From the NCBI GenBank assembly GCA_963731265.1, contig CAVSUE010000001.1, positions 1,696,001 through 1,760,000 of the forward strand: a stretch of 64,000 nucleotides of DNA, read 5' to 3'. The position numbers were made by a program, and so were the translations under genes. Position 1 is the first letter of the stretch, and the number at the start of each line of letters is the position of its first letter. Shown one piece after another: positions 16,124 to 26,045 of this stretch. The stretch comes from an uncultured Verrucomicrobiae bacterium (lineage in GTDB: Bacteria; Chlamydiota; Chlamydiia; Chlamydiales; Rhabdochlamydiaceae). The notes beneath the pieces are model-generated. The model did not search any database. It worked only from the letters and a program-made list of their open reading frames with translations, and had not been told where the DNA came from.

Positions 16124-18163
16124 TTATTCTCCCATCTGGAAAAGCTTTTGCAAACTCTGGTCGGATGCTGGGAGCGCGGACAAATTCTGCACGCCTTGAG
16201 CTCGGCGGTTATTCCAAGCCGTCAAAATTCCCCATTGATTCACATAAGCATGCAATTTGGAAATCTGATGATCCCGATCTAATGCTTGGAACTCTTCAAC
16301 CAGGGCATTCAATTCCTCAGCCAATCCATTGTAATTTTTAGAATCAAAGGCTTCGACCATCAACTTGGCCATATTGGATTTTTCTGCAATCTCACCAAGC
16401 TTTGCTTGAAAAGCTTTTAGCTTCTGTTGGAAACTCACCCAAGGGCACCCCGCTTCATCAAGAATCACACCACATGTCTTCGTCTCTTCAATCTTATCTT
16501 CGACAACTTGGGATATTTCCCCTGTAAGCGTTGTCAGGTTAGTCTTTCGTCGTTCAGCCTCTGTTTTTACGCTGTTGTCTCTAAAATCTTCTCCGACTTC
16601 TAGGATCTCCAGGCTATCCAACTTCACAAAGTGAGGAGAAGCTAAGCAAATCAGTTTCACGTCTTCTGCCGACAAAATGCCGATTTTTTCTAAATGTCCC
16701 GAACGGCACTTTAGCTTTTCTGAATACTCTTTTTCGGTTTTGATCCCCAGGTGAGCCAGCAATTGAGGGGTGTTTTTTGGAGGCAGATCATTCAAATACT
16801 CCCGAATTGCCTGAGCCTTTTCAACAGGCATAGAGATTAGACCATATTGATTGTGAAAGGCATGTTCAGCACATCCCAAATACTCATTGACAAAAGGTTT
16901 GATATTCTCATAGAGCTTTCCGTAGATGGCATGTTTTGCCGTTTTTGGCATCCGCGAAAACCGCTCAAGGGCGCCAGCGACATCCTGATAACTTTCTAAT
17001 GAGTGTGCGATCTCTTCAAAAATCGTCCTAGCATCCGCTGTCAAATCCCAGACCTTGATGGTTTTGTCGGCAGAGCCCGAAAAAAGCTTTCCCTCGTAGA
17101 CGGCAACAGAGTTAACCGAGTGCCCATGGCCTGTCAGGGTCGCTGTGCACTGTCCTGTTTTTAGATCCCAGACCTTGATTGTGTTGTCCCAAGAGCCCGA
17201 AAAGAGCTTCCCCTGGAAGACGGCGAGAGAGTTAACCCCTTTCCGATGGCCTAGAAGGGTCGCTGTGCACACTCCTGTTTCCAGGTCCCAGACCTTGATG
17301 GTTTTGTCAGCAGAGCTCGAAAAGAGCTTTCCCTCGTAGACGGCAACAGAGTTAACCCCGTGCTCATGGCCTCTAAGGGTCGCTGTGCACTCTCCTGTTT
17401 TTAGGTCCCAGACCTTGATTGTGCAGTTGAAAGAGCCCGAAAAGAGCTTCCCATCGAAAAACGCAAGTGAGTTAACCGAGTTTCCATGGCCTTTAAGAGT
17501 CGCTGTGCACTGTTCTGTTTTTAGATCCCAGACCTTGATTGTGTTGTCCCCAGAGCTCGAAAAGAGCTCCCCGTCGAAGACGACAAGAGAGTTAACCCCT
17601 TTCAGATGGCCTGTCAGGGTCGCTGTGCACTGTCCTACTTCCAGGTCCCAGACCTTGATTGTGTGGTCGGCAGAGCCGGAAAAGAGCTTCCCGTCGAAGA
17701 CGGCGAGAGAGGTAACCTCTTTCAGATGGCCTGTCAGGGTCGCTGTGCACTGTCCTGCTTCCAGATCCCAGACCTTGATTGTGTGGTCGGCAGAGCCCGA
17801 AAAGAGCTTCCCGTCGAAGACGACAAGAGAGTAAACCGAGTTCCCATGGCCTTTAAGAGTATGCAAACCATACACTCCTTTTGTGAGATTTGAATAAACA
17901 CCTTTGTAGGCGCTCTGGAAATTCTCAATGGAGAGCGGATTAACGCTTGGAAAATGGTGACGAAACAATATGCGCCAAACATCATCATCTTCCAGCGCCT
18001 TGTTCAATTGTCTACAGACTAAGGAGCTTGTTACGATTTCCTGGCCAGACAAGTATGTTAAAATTCGATTGACTATGTCTTGGGGCATCTGCAACAGCGG
18101 AGTGTCCTGCGGTATAATGGCTGCAGGGTTGGTAAGCTGTGAATGATTGATGGGATTCGCCAT
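16124..18163 (-). CDS. F-box/WD40-repeat protein (eukaryote-like putative effector)
   Basis: F-box LLQMPQDIVNRILTYLS......SLVCRQL; seven 40-aa GH...LFSGS.D.TIKVWDL repeats; coiled-coil-like C-terminus. Confidence 0.92.
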   Translation of the reverse strand: MANPINHSQLTNPAAIIPQDTPLLQMPQDIVNRILTYLSGQEIVTSSLVCRQLNKALEDDDVWRILFRHHFPSVNPLSIENFQSAYKGVYSNLTKGVYGLHTLKGHGNSVYSLVVFDGKLFSGSADHTIKVWDLEAGQCTATLTGHLKEVTSLAVFDGKLFSGSADHTIKVWDLEVGQCTATLTGHLKGVNSLVVFDGELFSSSGDNTIKVWDLKTEQCTATLKGHGNSVNSLAFFDGKLFSGSFNCTIKVWDLKTGECTATLRGHEHGVNSVAVYEGKLFSSSADKTIKVWDLETGVCTATLLGHRKGVNSLAVFQGKLFSGSWDNTIKVWDLKTGQCTATLTGHGHSVNSVAVYEGKLFSGSADKTIKVWDLTADARTIFEEIAHSLESYQDVAGALERFSRMPKTAKHAIYGKLYENIKPFVNEYLGCAEHAFHNQYGLISMPVEKAQAIREYLNDLPPKNTPQLLAHLGIKTEKEYSEKLKCRSGHLEKIGILSAEDVKLICLASPHFVKLDSLEILEVGEDFRDNSVKTEAERRKTNLTTLTGEISQVVEDKIEETKTCGVILDEAGCPWVSFQQKLKAFQAKLGEIAEKSNMAKLMVEAFDSKNYNGLAEELNALVEEFQALDRDHQISKLHAYVNQWGILTAWNNRRAQGVQNLSALPASDQSLQKLFQMGE
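17040..17870. repeat. 120-bp tandem repeat x7 (WD40 units)
   Basis: cccagaccttgat recurs at 17047, 17167, 17287, 17407, 17527, 17647, 17767. Confidence 0.95.
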
Positions 18164-18417
18164 GATTAATTCCTTGTTGAATTTTTTAATTTAAAATAAT
18201 GTTTGATTATAATTTTAATCTAAATCAGCATTTTCATCACCGTTTAATTTGATAAAAAAATTATTATATCAAGAAACTATTCTTGATTGAAAGAGAATGA
18301 TTACATTGACCTCTAAAAAGAGAAGGTGTGAGTAAAGAAATTTATTTACTATTAAATATTTTATTATATTCATTGATTTGATATGGCTTAGAAAATTATG
18401 AGATCGATCGAACACCC

Positions 18418-19227
18418 ATGAAAAAATTTGGCGTGCTCTGCGGCGCGGAAAAATCCCAAGAATGGTTGATTCCCTGGTGGTGGTCGCGCTATCGGGAACA
18501 CAATGCATTTCCGGTGACTTTCTTTGATTTTGGCATGACAGATGAAATGCGGTCTTGGTGTGGAGAAAGGGGGACCGTCTGTTCCGTCGAATTCGATGTT
18601 GCTTACATCTGCCCACGTGAAAATATCGATTCCAGGCTGGCCAAACAGTGGGAAAAACTCTATGGTTGGACAGTGTGGAGCGCACGGCGCACCTGGTTTA
18701 AAAAACCATTCGCCTTATTAAAATCCCCCTATAAAGTCGGGATCTGGATCGATATCGATTGTGAAGTGCTAGGATCTTTAAAACCTTTATTTCACGATTT
18801 TGATTCAAGCTCTGAGCTGGCCCTTGTTCGCGAATACTCCTGCGACCATTTGACGCTGGAGGACCCTAATGTGCGTTATAATAGCGGCGTCATTGTCTTT
18901 CAAAAAGGCGCGCCAATCATTGAAAAATGGGCGGAAGGTGCGATCACTCAAAATCAGGTTTTTGGAGGCGATGATCTTCTGCTCTCCCATCTGATTCGTC
19001 AATGCAAGTCAACTGTGATCGAGCTTCCGGAAATTTATAATTGGAGAATGGCGCGGGGACTCAATTTGAATGCGGTCATTTTGCATTGGATCGGCAAAGG
19101 TGGCAAAGCCTATATTCGCAAGCATGGGGGCTTAAAACCTTCGCTCGATTCTTTCTACCAATCCTGGAAAGTTCTAGATAGTTTGCCAGGACGTGATGCA
19201 AACGAGCTCTTTGGGAATTTCGAATAG
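18418..19227 (+). CDS. GT-A fold glycosyltransferase-like protein
   Basis: WFKKP, WIDIDC (DxD), YNSGVIVF, LP..YNW, I.HW motifs. Confidence 0.7.
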   Translation: MKKFGVLCGAEKSQEWLIPWWWSRYREHNAFPVTFFDFGMTDEMRSWCGERGTVCSVEFDVAYICPRENIDSRLAKQWEKLYGWTVWSARRTWFKKPFALLKSPYKVGIWIDIDCEVLGSLKPLFHDFDSSSELALVREYSCDHLTLEDPNVRYNSGVIVFQKGAPIIEKWAEGAITQNQVFGGDDLLLSHLIRQCKSTVIELPEIYNWRMARGLNLNAVILHWIGKGGKAYIRKHGGLKPSLDSFYQSWKVLDSLPGRDANELFGNFE

Positions 19228-21186
19228 AAAGCGGGAAGGATTGGTCACAATCTCTTTGCCCATCTTTTTTCTTTTTCGGGCCATGCTCAAAGTGAGAAAT
19301 TTTTTGGCCCGTGTCATGGCAACATACATAAGACGGCGCTCTTCTTCAAGGCCGGTCTCCATCAAGCTTTTTTCATGGGGAATGATATGATCTTCCATCC
19401 CGATGAGGTAGCAAGCCGTAAATTCGAGACCTTTGGCACTGTGGAAAGTCATTAAGCTGACTTTGTCTTCTCTCTGTTCTTTATCTTTTTGGACGATGCG
19501 TTCCTGGCAAAGAAGAGAATTGCTCAAAAAATCGGTAAGAGAGCTATCGGTTTGTTCTTCTTCATAAATGGCCATCGAATCGACGCAATGGGCAACGTTC
19601 TCCCATTTGAAATCGCGCATTTTCTCACTTTTTACATCGTCGGAAATCGCCTTTCTGTAGTCAATTTCATCAACAAGCCAGGAAAAAGAGGGATGCAGAG
19701 GCCGCTCTGCAAACTTCTCCTGTGCGGTCTGGATCAATGCGACAAAACTGCGAATGCCTGCAACCGCTTTGTCCGAAAGATCGGTTTTAAGATCTGAAGA
19801 GAGCGGAGAAGCCATTTCAAGCAAAAGGTCCCATAACGGAATTTTTCGCGTGCGATTGAACTGCGTCAAAAGGTCCAAAGTCTTATCGGAAATCCCTCTT
19901 CGAGGAACATTGATGATGCGCAAAAGGGCCTCTTGATCTAGAGGATTGGCAATGACCTTCAAATAAGCCATCAAATCTTTAATCTCTGCCCTTTCGAAAA
20001 ACTCGGTACCGCCGAAAATCTCATAGGGGATGCCGCGCACCCATTTCCCCTCTTTTTCCCAAACAGCTTCCATCAATGCCAATTCCAAGGGCCTGGACAG
20101 AATATTGGACCGGTAAAGAACGGCCATTTCCCTCCAGGAAAGATTTTTCTCCTTCCGCAATTTGATCATCCGTTGGACAATCGACCGCGCTTCATCCACT
20201 TCTGTCGGAGCATGAAAAAGGGTGATCGGCTCGCCCGTTTCTTTCGTGCTCCAAAGTTCTTTGGCATGTCGCTGCGCATTATTCGCAATCACAGCGTTTG
20301 CTGCTTTGAGGATGTTCGGCGTCGAACGGTAATTTTGCTCGAGCTTGATCTGATTTTCTGATTCGAATTGCAGAATGTTCTTAATTTCAGCCCCTCTCCA
20401 TCCATAAATCGATTGATCGTCATCGCCAACTACGCAAAGATTGTTGTGCTTGCTGGAAATCAGCTTGGCAAGACGGTATTGAATCGGGTTAGTATCCTGA
20501 TATTCATCGATCATGATGTAACGATAGCGGTCCTGGTAGCGCTCAAGCACATCGGGGTGTTCTTCAAAGAGCTGCACTGTCAAAGAAAGCAAACTGTCGA
20601 AGTCGACGGCGTTATAAGCCCGCATGCAGATCTTCAATCGATCGTAAAGCTCCGCGCTGAAGGGATCATGCCAATCTTTTTTCTCAGAAGCAACCTGATC
20701 AAAAGAAAGACCACGGCATTTGGCAAACGCAATCTTGGTAAACGTTTTTTCTAACGAAGGAAGCTCTCCTTCATGTTCAAGAAGATGGCGCGCGAGCCCT
20801 TGCCCTAAGCGGCGGACATCTCCTTCATCATAAAGCGTGAAATTCGAGGTGTAGCCCAACCGATGAATCTCTTTGCGCAAAATCTGCATGCAGAAGCTAT
20901 GGAAAGTGCTCAAAGTCACCCCTTTTGCAATCTTTTGCGAAACAATTCTGCCGACCCGTTCCCGCATTTCTTGGGCAGCCTTATTCGTGAACGTGAGACC
21001 CAAAATCGCCTCAGGAGAGACATGGAGATTTTGCAAGAGATGCGCGATGCGATAGGCAAGCACACTCGTTTTGCCACTGCCAGCGCCCGCGAGAATCAGC
21101 ACACGGCCCTGCGCGGCCAAAACCGCTTTGCGCTGCCCTGGATTGAGATGCGAGAAAGCTTGTTTATTTTCGAGAGAATCCTGCAT
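19174..21186 (-). CDS. UvrD/Rep/PcrA-family ATP-dependent DNA helicase
   Basis: AGAGSGKT, IDEYQDTN, VGDDDQSIY, QNYRST, HSAKGLEF, EERRLMYVAMTRA; ATG at 21186 preferred. Confidence 0.95.
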   Translation of the reverse strand: MQDSLENKQAFSHLNPGQRKAVLAAQGRVLILAGAGSGKTSVLAYRIAHLLQNLHVSPEAILGLTFTNKAAQEMRERVGRIVSQKIAKGVTLSTFHSFCMQILRKEIHRLGYTSNFTLYDEGDVRRLGQGLARHLLEHEGELPSLEKTFTKIAFAKCRGLSFDQVASEKKDWHDPFSAELYDRLKICMRAYNAVDFDSLLSLTVQLFEEHPDVLERYQDRYRYIMIDEYQDTNPIQYRLAKLISSKHNNLCVVGDDDQSIYGWRGAEIKNILQFESENQIKLEQNYRSTPNILKAANAVIANNAQRHAKELWSTKETGEPITLFHAPTEVDEARSIVQRMIKLRKEKNLSWREMAVLYRSNILSRPLELALMEAVWEKEGKWVRGIPYEIFGGTEFFERAEIKDLMAYLKVIANPLDQEALLRIINVPRRGISDKTLDLLTQFNRTRKIPLWDLLLEMASPLSSDLKTDLSDKAVAGIRSFVALIQTAQEKFAERPLHPSFSWLVDEIDYRKAISDDVKSEKMRDFKWENVAHCVDSMAIYEEEQTDSSLTDFLSNSLLCQERIVQKDKEQREDKVSLMTFHSAKGLEFTACYLIGMEDHIIPHEKSLMETGLEEERRLMYVAMTRAKKFLTLSMARKRKKMGKEIVTNPSRFLFEIPKELVCITSWQTI

Positions 21187-21226
21187 GGACAGAATTATAG
21201 CGAACGGGGAACTCTGGTCAAGAGTT

Positions 21227-21592
21227 CTAGTGGATGAACTTCGCCAATAATTTTTGCAAATCGACCAAGATGGCCTGCTTTGAAAGGGGGGCATTGCTTT
21301 TTCGAGGAACGACATTGAGCTCTAGATCTTCGGGCAGGGAAGAGTAAATTTCACGGAAGGCCTCGCGCACAACCCTCTTGAACCGATTGCGGTCATGGGC
21401 CTTGCCGAATTTCCGTGAAACAGTAATCCCTAACTTTGCTGAAGGAGCGTTTCCCTGACGAATATCTACAGAGATCTGTTGTCCAAAAAGACGAATCGAA
21501 TGTCTATGAAATGACGTGTATTGCGAGCGCGTTAGCAAACGTGCTGATTTAGGCAGTTTTTTGGTAACGCGCTTTGTCTCGGCGGGAATCAT
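21227..21592 (-). CDS. rnpA: Ribonuclease P protein component
   Basis: LGITVSRKFGKAHDRNRFKR (RNR motif); follows rpmH with TAATG overlap. Confidence 0.95.
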   Translation of the reverse strand: MIPAETKRVTKKLPKSARLLTRSQYTSFHRHSIRLFGQQISVDIRQGNAPSAKLGITVSRKFGKAHDRNRFKRVVREAFREIYSSLPEDLELNVVPRKSNAPLSKQAILVDLQKLLAKFIH

Positions 21593-21729
21593 TAGGCTGT
21601 GGTCAGTTTTTTACGTCCCGAACGGCGGCGGCGATTGATGATGGCACGGCCGTCTTTGGTTTTCATCCGCTTGCGAAATCCACAATTCTTTTGACGTTTT
21701 ATCTTGCTGGGCTGGTAGGTGCGTTTCAT
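21592..21729 (-). CDS. rpmH: 50S ribosomal protein L34; missing from the ORF track
   Basis: Hand translation: [45 protein letters not shown]. Confidence 0.97.
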   Translation of the reverse strand: MKRTYQPSKIKRQKNCGFRKRMKTKDGRAIINRRRRSGRKKLTTA

Positions 21730-21829
21730 GAAGTAATTCCTTTATTTTTTTCAGTCTACACTACTATATCTTACCCATTAAAAAATCATCAACTCAAAAA
21801 TCCCAAAGCTCACTTCTTTAAAAAATAAT

Positions 21830-23677
21830 TTAAATCGGATACATGGCAACAGGTTCGGCTACGGAGTCTGGTCCATTTAAGTAGGCCGAGATTGACATAA
21901 TATAGGTTCTAAGGATGTTTTGACTCACTCGGATACACTTAAAAACCTGAAGAACCTCATCTAAGAATGTGCCCGATTTCGCCATATCCTCAATACATTG
22001 ATAAAAGGGGGGAGGGATATCAGAGCAGGTCGAGTATTTGCCCACAAAGTTCGCCATCGCTTGACGCAAAAGCTGGTTTCTCTTCTCTCCTTCGGTATGC
22101 TCGTGCAAAAGAATGATCAAGTCTATTAGAGTTTGTAGGCTAGCGGTATTGACCACACGATCACTCAATGTCAAAATCTCATTATTAAAAGATTTGAGCG
22201 AGGATTCCACACTATTCTTAGTAATCAGTCGGTTTAAAACAGATAGAAGACGCTCACCATAGACCGCCCCGCCCTGCCCCGCTGTACAAAGAACCTCTCG
22301 GACCAATGAATTTTCATGAATTGTGTTCATGTTCAAAGTGAAAGTAACCACCCCGCAATTCTCGATTACCGCAAGAGTTTTTGTCCTGTATTCCAGGTGG
22401 TCGCTTTTAAGGCCATCAAGCAAAAGTTGGAATAGTTCGCATTGCTGTTCGTCCGTGATCTTAGATGCAAAAAGCAGCCTGAATGTCCATATCAGGCGTT
22501 GCTCGTCTTTATCGCAGGAGGCGAAAAGAAGCTTCCTGCACCTGTTCAAAAGCTCTTTGCAACCAAAGCCCGCCATGACAATTGGCTCGACAATTTTCCA
22601 AGCTTTTCTAATATCGCTGCCGTCTGCGTTGAAGAAACAGTCCATCGCAAATGAGACATAGCGGTGCATGAGCGTTTCACATTCCGGATGTCCTGCCAAA
22701 TCTTCGAAGATACGATAAGATAATCCGTCGTGAAGCCCATAATTAGCTCGATTATCGAGAGCATGTGCGACAATCTCTTTTACCGCCTCCAGATTTTTGC
22801 CATCGCGGGTCGCACGCTCATAATAACCAGGGGCCGTCCTACTGAGTTCATCCAGCAATTTTTCGGGGGTGATCCCCTCCTTCAAGCGGTAATATCTGAC
22901 ATGGTTTCCATAACAGAACGGCACATAGAATAATTTGTGTTTATACACAGGCCATGTTCCCCATTTGGACTCAATGAGATCCTCACCGCAGTAAATACCA
23001 AAATGCATCAATTCACTGGGATCGGAAGAGAGATTGGCCGGGTTTCGGATATAAACAACTAGGTCTCCTGCACTGGGAGTGGAGGTTTGAGTAAAAAAAA
23101 TTTCAATCATTCGATATCGGGCTGCTGGGTCATGAAATTTGCCGGCTTCCTTAGGGATGCCATACGTTTCTAAAATTTTCCCAAGGGCGTATTGAAAGCA
23201 AACCCCCTCTTCAAAATGGATAAAATCCAGCTTTTTTGCTCCTGTAAGGAGCCCTTTGCTGGAGGTTTCATTCAATCTTTGACGCAATTCAGCAGCCAGA
23301 GGATGGTCCTTTAGAAATAGCGTATTGTCTTCGAGTCTCTCTGGGACCATCGCTTCCGCAAGGCATTCAGGGATATCAGAAAAGGGCTTTGAGTAAGGCT
23401 TTTTTTTCATGATCCGATAATACACCCCAGTTACGCTAGAAGCCGGCGATGGATTTTCGGAAAAAGTGGCATCTTCTGAGTCATTCCTGATGAAAAGGTC
23501 TGCGTTTTCGGGGCTCTCCACTCGCTTAAAATAATTTTTTAAAACAAATCCGATTCCATAGGCATCTTTTTGGGCGAGGATTGTTTTTTTAGGCGTTAAA
23601 GTAGTTCTTTCTATTTGATCCAATAAGGAAAGAATTTTAACTTCATGGTTCCCAATATTTTGAATTGAAACGCTCAT
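21830..23677 (-). CDS. Hypothetical 615-aa protein with a possible papain-like Cys/His domain and helical C-terminus
   Basis: CFQYALG ... GDLVVY ... HFGIY ... ESKWG ... P..YG; AT-rich upstream region. Confidence 0.6.
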   Translation of the reverse strand: MSVSIQNIGNHEVKILSLLDQIERTTLTPKKTILAQKDAYGIGFVLKNYFKRVESPENADLFIRNDSEDATFSENPSPASSVTGVYYRIMKKKPYSKPFSDIPECLAEAMVPERLEDNTLFLKDHPLAAELRQRLNETSSKGLLTGAKKLDFIHFEEGVCFQYALGKILETYGIPKEAGKFHDPAARYRMIEIFFTQTSTPSAGDLVVYIRNPANLSSDPSELMHFGIYCGEDLIESKWGTWPVYKHKLFYVPFCYGNHVRYYRLKEGITPEKLLDELSRTAPGYYERATRDGKNLEAVKEIVAHALDNRANYGLHDGLSYRIFEDLAGHPECETLMHRYVSFAMDCFFNADGSDIRKAWKIVEPIVMAGFGCKELLNRCRKLLFASCDKDEQRLIWTFRLLFASKITDEQQCELFQLLLDGLKSDHLEYRTKTLAVIENCGVVTFTLNMNTIHENSLVREVLCTAGQGGAVYGERLLSVLNRLITKNSVESSLKSFNNEILTLSDRVVNTASLQTLIDLIILLHEHTEGEKRNQLLRQAMANFVGKYSTCSDIPPPFYQCIEDMAKSGTFLDEVLQVFKCIRVSQNILRTYIMSISAYLNGPDSVAEPVAMYPI

Positions 23678-23806
23678 AAAAATAAAAAATATAATTTTAT
23701 ATAAATATATTAACTAAAACCTTGAATTAAATATACATAAATAAAATTTTAAAAAACTGCTTATTTTTTCTTGCTCATGACCATGCTTTTCTCAAGCCTC
23801 CTGGAC

Positions 23807-23835
23807 TTGACTTCTTAAACTTTTGCTAATATAGT
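23807..23835 (+). promoter_or_regulatory. Sigma70/66-type promoter for pcnB
   Basis: ttgact-N17-tatagt. Confidence 0.6.
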
Positions 23836-23866
23836 GATCCGTAATTTTATTAGAAGAATACGATAA

Positions 23867-25117
23867 GTGAGCCCAAAAACCTATTCCTTTGAAGAGCATC
23901 AACTTTCTATAAGTAAAGTCGATCCCGACGCCCTTTACGTGATGGAAAAACTCCGCGCTAACGGCCATACCGCCTACCTTGTAGGCGGCAGCGTGAGGGA
24001 CCTTTTACTCGAAACAAAACCTAAAGATTTCGATATTTCTACATCGGCTGAGCCTGAACAGATCAAACAGCTTTTTCGCAATTGCATCTTGATCGGCAGA
24101 CGCTTCAGGCTCGCGCATATCCGTTTTGGGCGAAAAGTACTAGAGGTCTCAACCTTTCGCGCCGGCGACCCGGAAGACGATACGCTGATCGTCCGCGATA
24201 ATATTTGGGGGTCGCCTGAAGAAGATGTCCTCCGCCGTGATTTTACGATCAATGGGCTGTTCTACGAACCGGCCACGGAACAGATCATCGATTATGTCGG
24301 AGGCTACCCCGACCTTCAAAAAAAAATCTTACGGACGATCGGCCAACCCTTCATCCGTTTTCGCCAAGACCCCGTACGCATGTTACGGTTGCTCAAATTC
24401 CAGGCGCGTTTTGGATTTGATGTCGATCCTCCCGCACGCGTGGCCCTGTTGGATTGCCGCCAAGAGATTGCGAAAAGCTCTCCAGCGAGAATCCAGGAAG
24501 AATTGCTCCGGATGCTCGAATCGGGCGCTTCCGAGGCTTTTTTTCGATTGATTTCCGAACACGGCTTTCTTCATTTGATGATGCCGGGATTCAGTGAATA
24601 CATGGAATCCGGCGAAAGCGAAGAAGTCTTTGCCTACTTAAAAGAGGTCGATACGACATTTCACGATATTTCTCTTCCGCCGCTTCCTCGTGCTGTGCTC
24701 TTGTCCTGTCTTGTTTTCCCTCTTTTGGAAAAAAGAATCTCCACTCGCTATGTCGATCGTGAAAAGATCCCGCATCTTGGCGAGATCAGCAAAGAATCTA
24801 TCGAGCAAATCAATGAGGTCTTCCTTCCTTTCTTCCATCTTTCCCGCCGCATGAAAGGAAGCCTGATTTCCATCTTAACTTCCCAATACCGTCTCACACC
24901 GATCGAGAAGAAAAAAACAAGGCGCATCCGTCTGCCCAATGATCCTGAATTTATTCACGCTTTAAAATTTTTCGAAGTGCGCTGCGCTCTAGAACCAGCT
25001 TATAAGACGATTTGGGAGGAATGGATAGGTGCGATGGAAGCGCCGGAGCAGTTCCGTCCGCGCCGAAGGCGACGCCGAAAACCCAAAGGGCCGTCCACAG
25101 GAAAGGACGAGCAATAA
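23867..25117 (+). CDS. pcnB: Poly(A) polymerase / CCA-adding nucleotidyltransferase
   Basis: LVGGSVRDLL...PKDFDI, LIGRRFRLAHI (PAP signature), RRDFTINGL, DPVRMLR; basic C-tail. Confidence 0.92.
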   Translation: MSPKTYSFEEHQLSISKVDPDALYVMEKLRANGHTAYLVGGSVRDLLLETKPKDFDISTSAEPEQIKQLFRNCILIGRRFRLAHIRFGRKVLEVSTFRAGDPEDDTLIVRDNIWGSPEEDVLRRDFTINGLFYEPATEQIIDYVGGYPDLQKKILRTIGQPFIRFRQDPVRMLRLLKFQARFGFDVDPPARVALLDCRQEIAKSSPARIQEELLRMLESGASEAFFRLISEHGFLHLMMPGFSEYMESGESEEVFAYLKEVDTTFHDISLPPLPRAVLLSCLVFPLLEKRISTRYVDREKIPHLGEISKESIEQINEVFLPFFHLSRRMKGSLISILTSQYRLTPIEKKKTRRIRLPNDPEFIHALKFFEVRCALEPAYKTIWEEWIGAMEAPEQFRPRRRRRRKPKGPSTGKDEQ

Positions 25118-25121
25118 AGCG

Positions 25122-25907
25122 ATGGATCGTGCTGTTTTAGTTCATATCTTTGATTTGGATCCTCAGCTGGAGATCGCTTATTGCGGCCCGGACTTTTCCA
25201 CAGGTCCTTTGCCGGCGTTATTTTATTTTGCCCTATCTGCACAAGACAGCTTGGGGCTCGATCCATTCAACCAGCCCGCTGCGTATCTTTCCTCGCTACC
25301 CATGCGCGTTTTCTCAATCACCCTGCCCGGCCATGAAAATCAGCTTCCTCCCACAGAAGCATTAACGGCATGGGCAAAAGAAATCGCCGCTGGAAATAAT
25401 CTCATTGCTGCATTTGTCGACAAAGTCAAAATAGCTGTCCAAAAACTCCGCGAACGCAATGTTTTAATTTCCGAACAGATTGCCGTAGGGGGCCTTTCAC
25501 GCGGCGCCTTTATTTCTGTTCACGCTGCAGCAGAAATTGCCGAATTTAAATGGATCCTTGGTTTTGCCCCTCTCAACGACCTTTCTTTCGCTAAAGAATT
25601 TGAAGGGATCAGACAGCATCCCCTTGTCGAATCATTAAAACTCGACCATCTTGCTCCGCGCCTTACCGATCGTTTTGTGCGTTTCTACATCGGCAATCTC
25701 GATACACGCGTCAGCACAAGACGCTGCTTTGATTTTGTTGAAAAACTCTCTGAATCGGCATTTGAACAAAAGATCAGGTCACCGCAAGTGGAACTGATCA
25801 TCGGCCCATCGATTGGGCGCGATGGTCATGGGACCTCCAAAGAGGTCTTTCACCATGGGGCTCAGTGGATCGCTGAAAAAATAGTAAGCGAGGTGAAATA
25901 TTTATAA
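25122..25907 (+). CDS. Alpha/beta-hydrolase-fold hypothetical protein
   Basis: GLSRG nucleophile elbow and GH near the C-terminus; start at ATG 25122. Confidence 0.7.
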   Translation: MDRAVLVHIFDLDPQLEIAYCGPDFSTGPLPALFYFALSAQDSLGLDPFNQPAAYLSSLPMRVFSITLPGHENQLPPTEALTAWAKEIAAGNNLIAAFVDKVKIAVQKLRERNVLISEQIAVGGLSRGAFISVHAAAEIAEFKWILGFAPLNDLSFAKEFEGIRQHPLVESLKLDHLAPRLTDRFVRFYIGNLDTRVSTRRCFDFVEKLSESAFEQKIRSPQVELIIGPSIGRDGHGTSKEVFHHGAQWIAEKIVSEVKYL

Positions 25908-26030
25908 TGAAATTCAAGGAGCTTTTCGATGAGATTTCATAGCAGACGACGAAGACAATGTGGGAACACATGGCTGAGGAGGCTGATGTGAAAGATCGCG
26001 AAAAGAACTTGAAGATCATTATAAATATTT
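25896..26030. repeat. Single-copy palindromic element with long imperfect arms
   Basis: aaatatttataatga (25896) / tcattataaatattt (26016) is perfect; the arms continue imperfectly for about 35 more bp. Confidence 0.75.
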
Positions 26031-26045
26031 GGCGAGCTTACTTGG

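Noticed and set aside
17040..17870. 120-bp periodic repeat as a CRISPR or DGR-like array; antisense ORFs 17145-17339 and 17385-17834
   Set aside because: Fully explained by WD40 coding repeats; no cas or reverse transcriptase gene is in the window.
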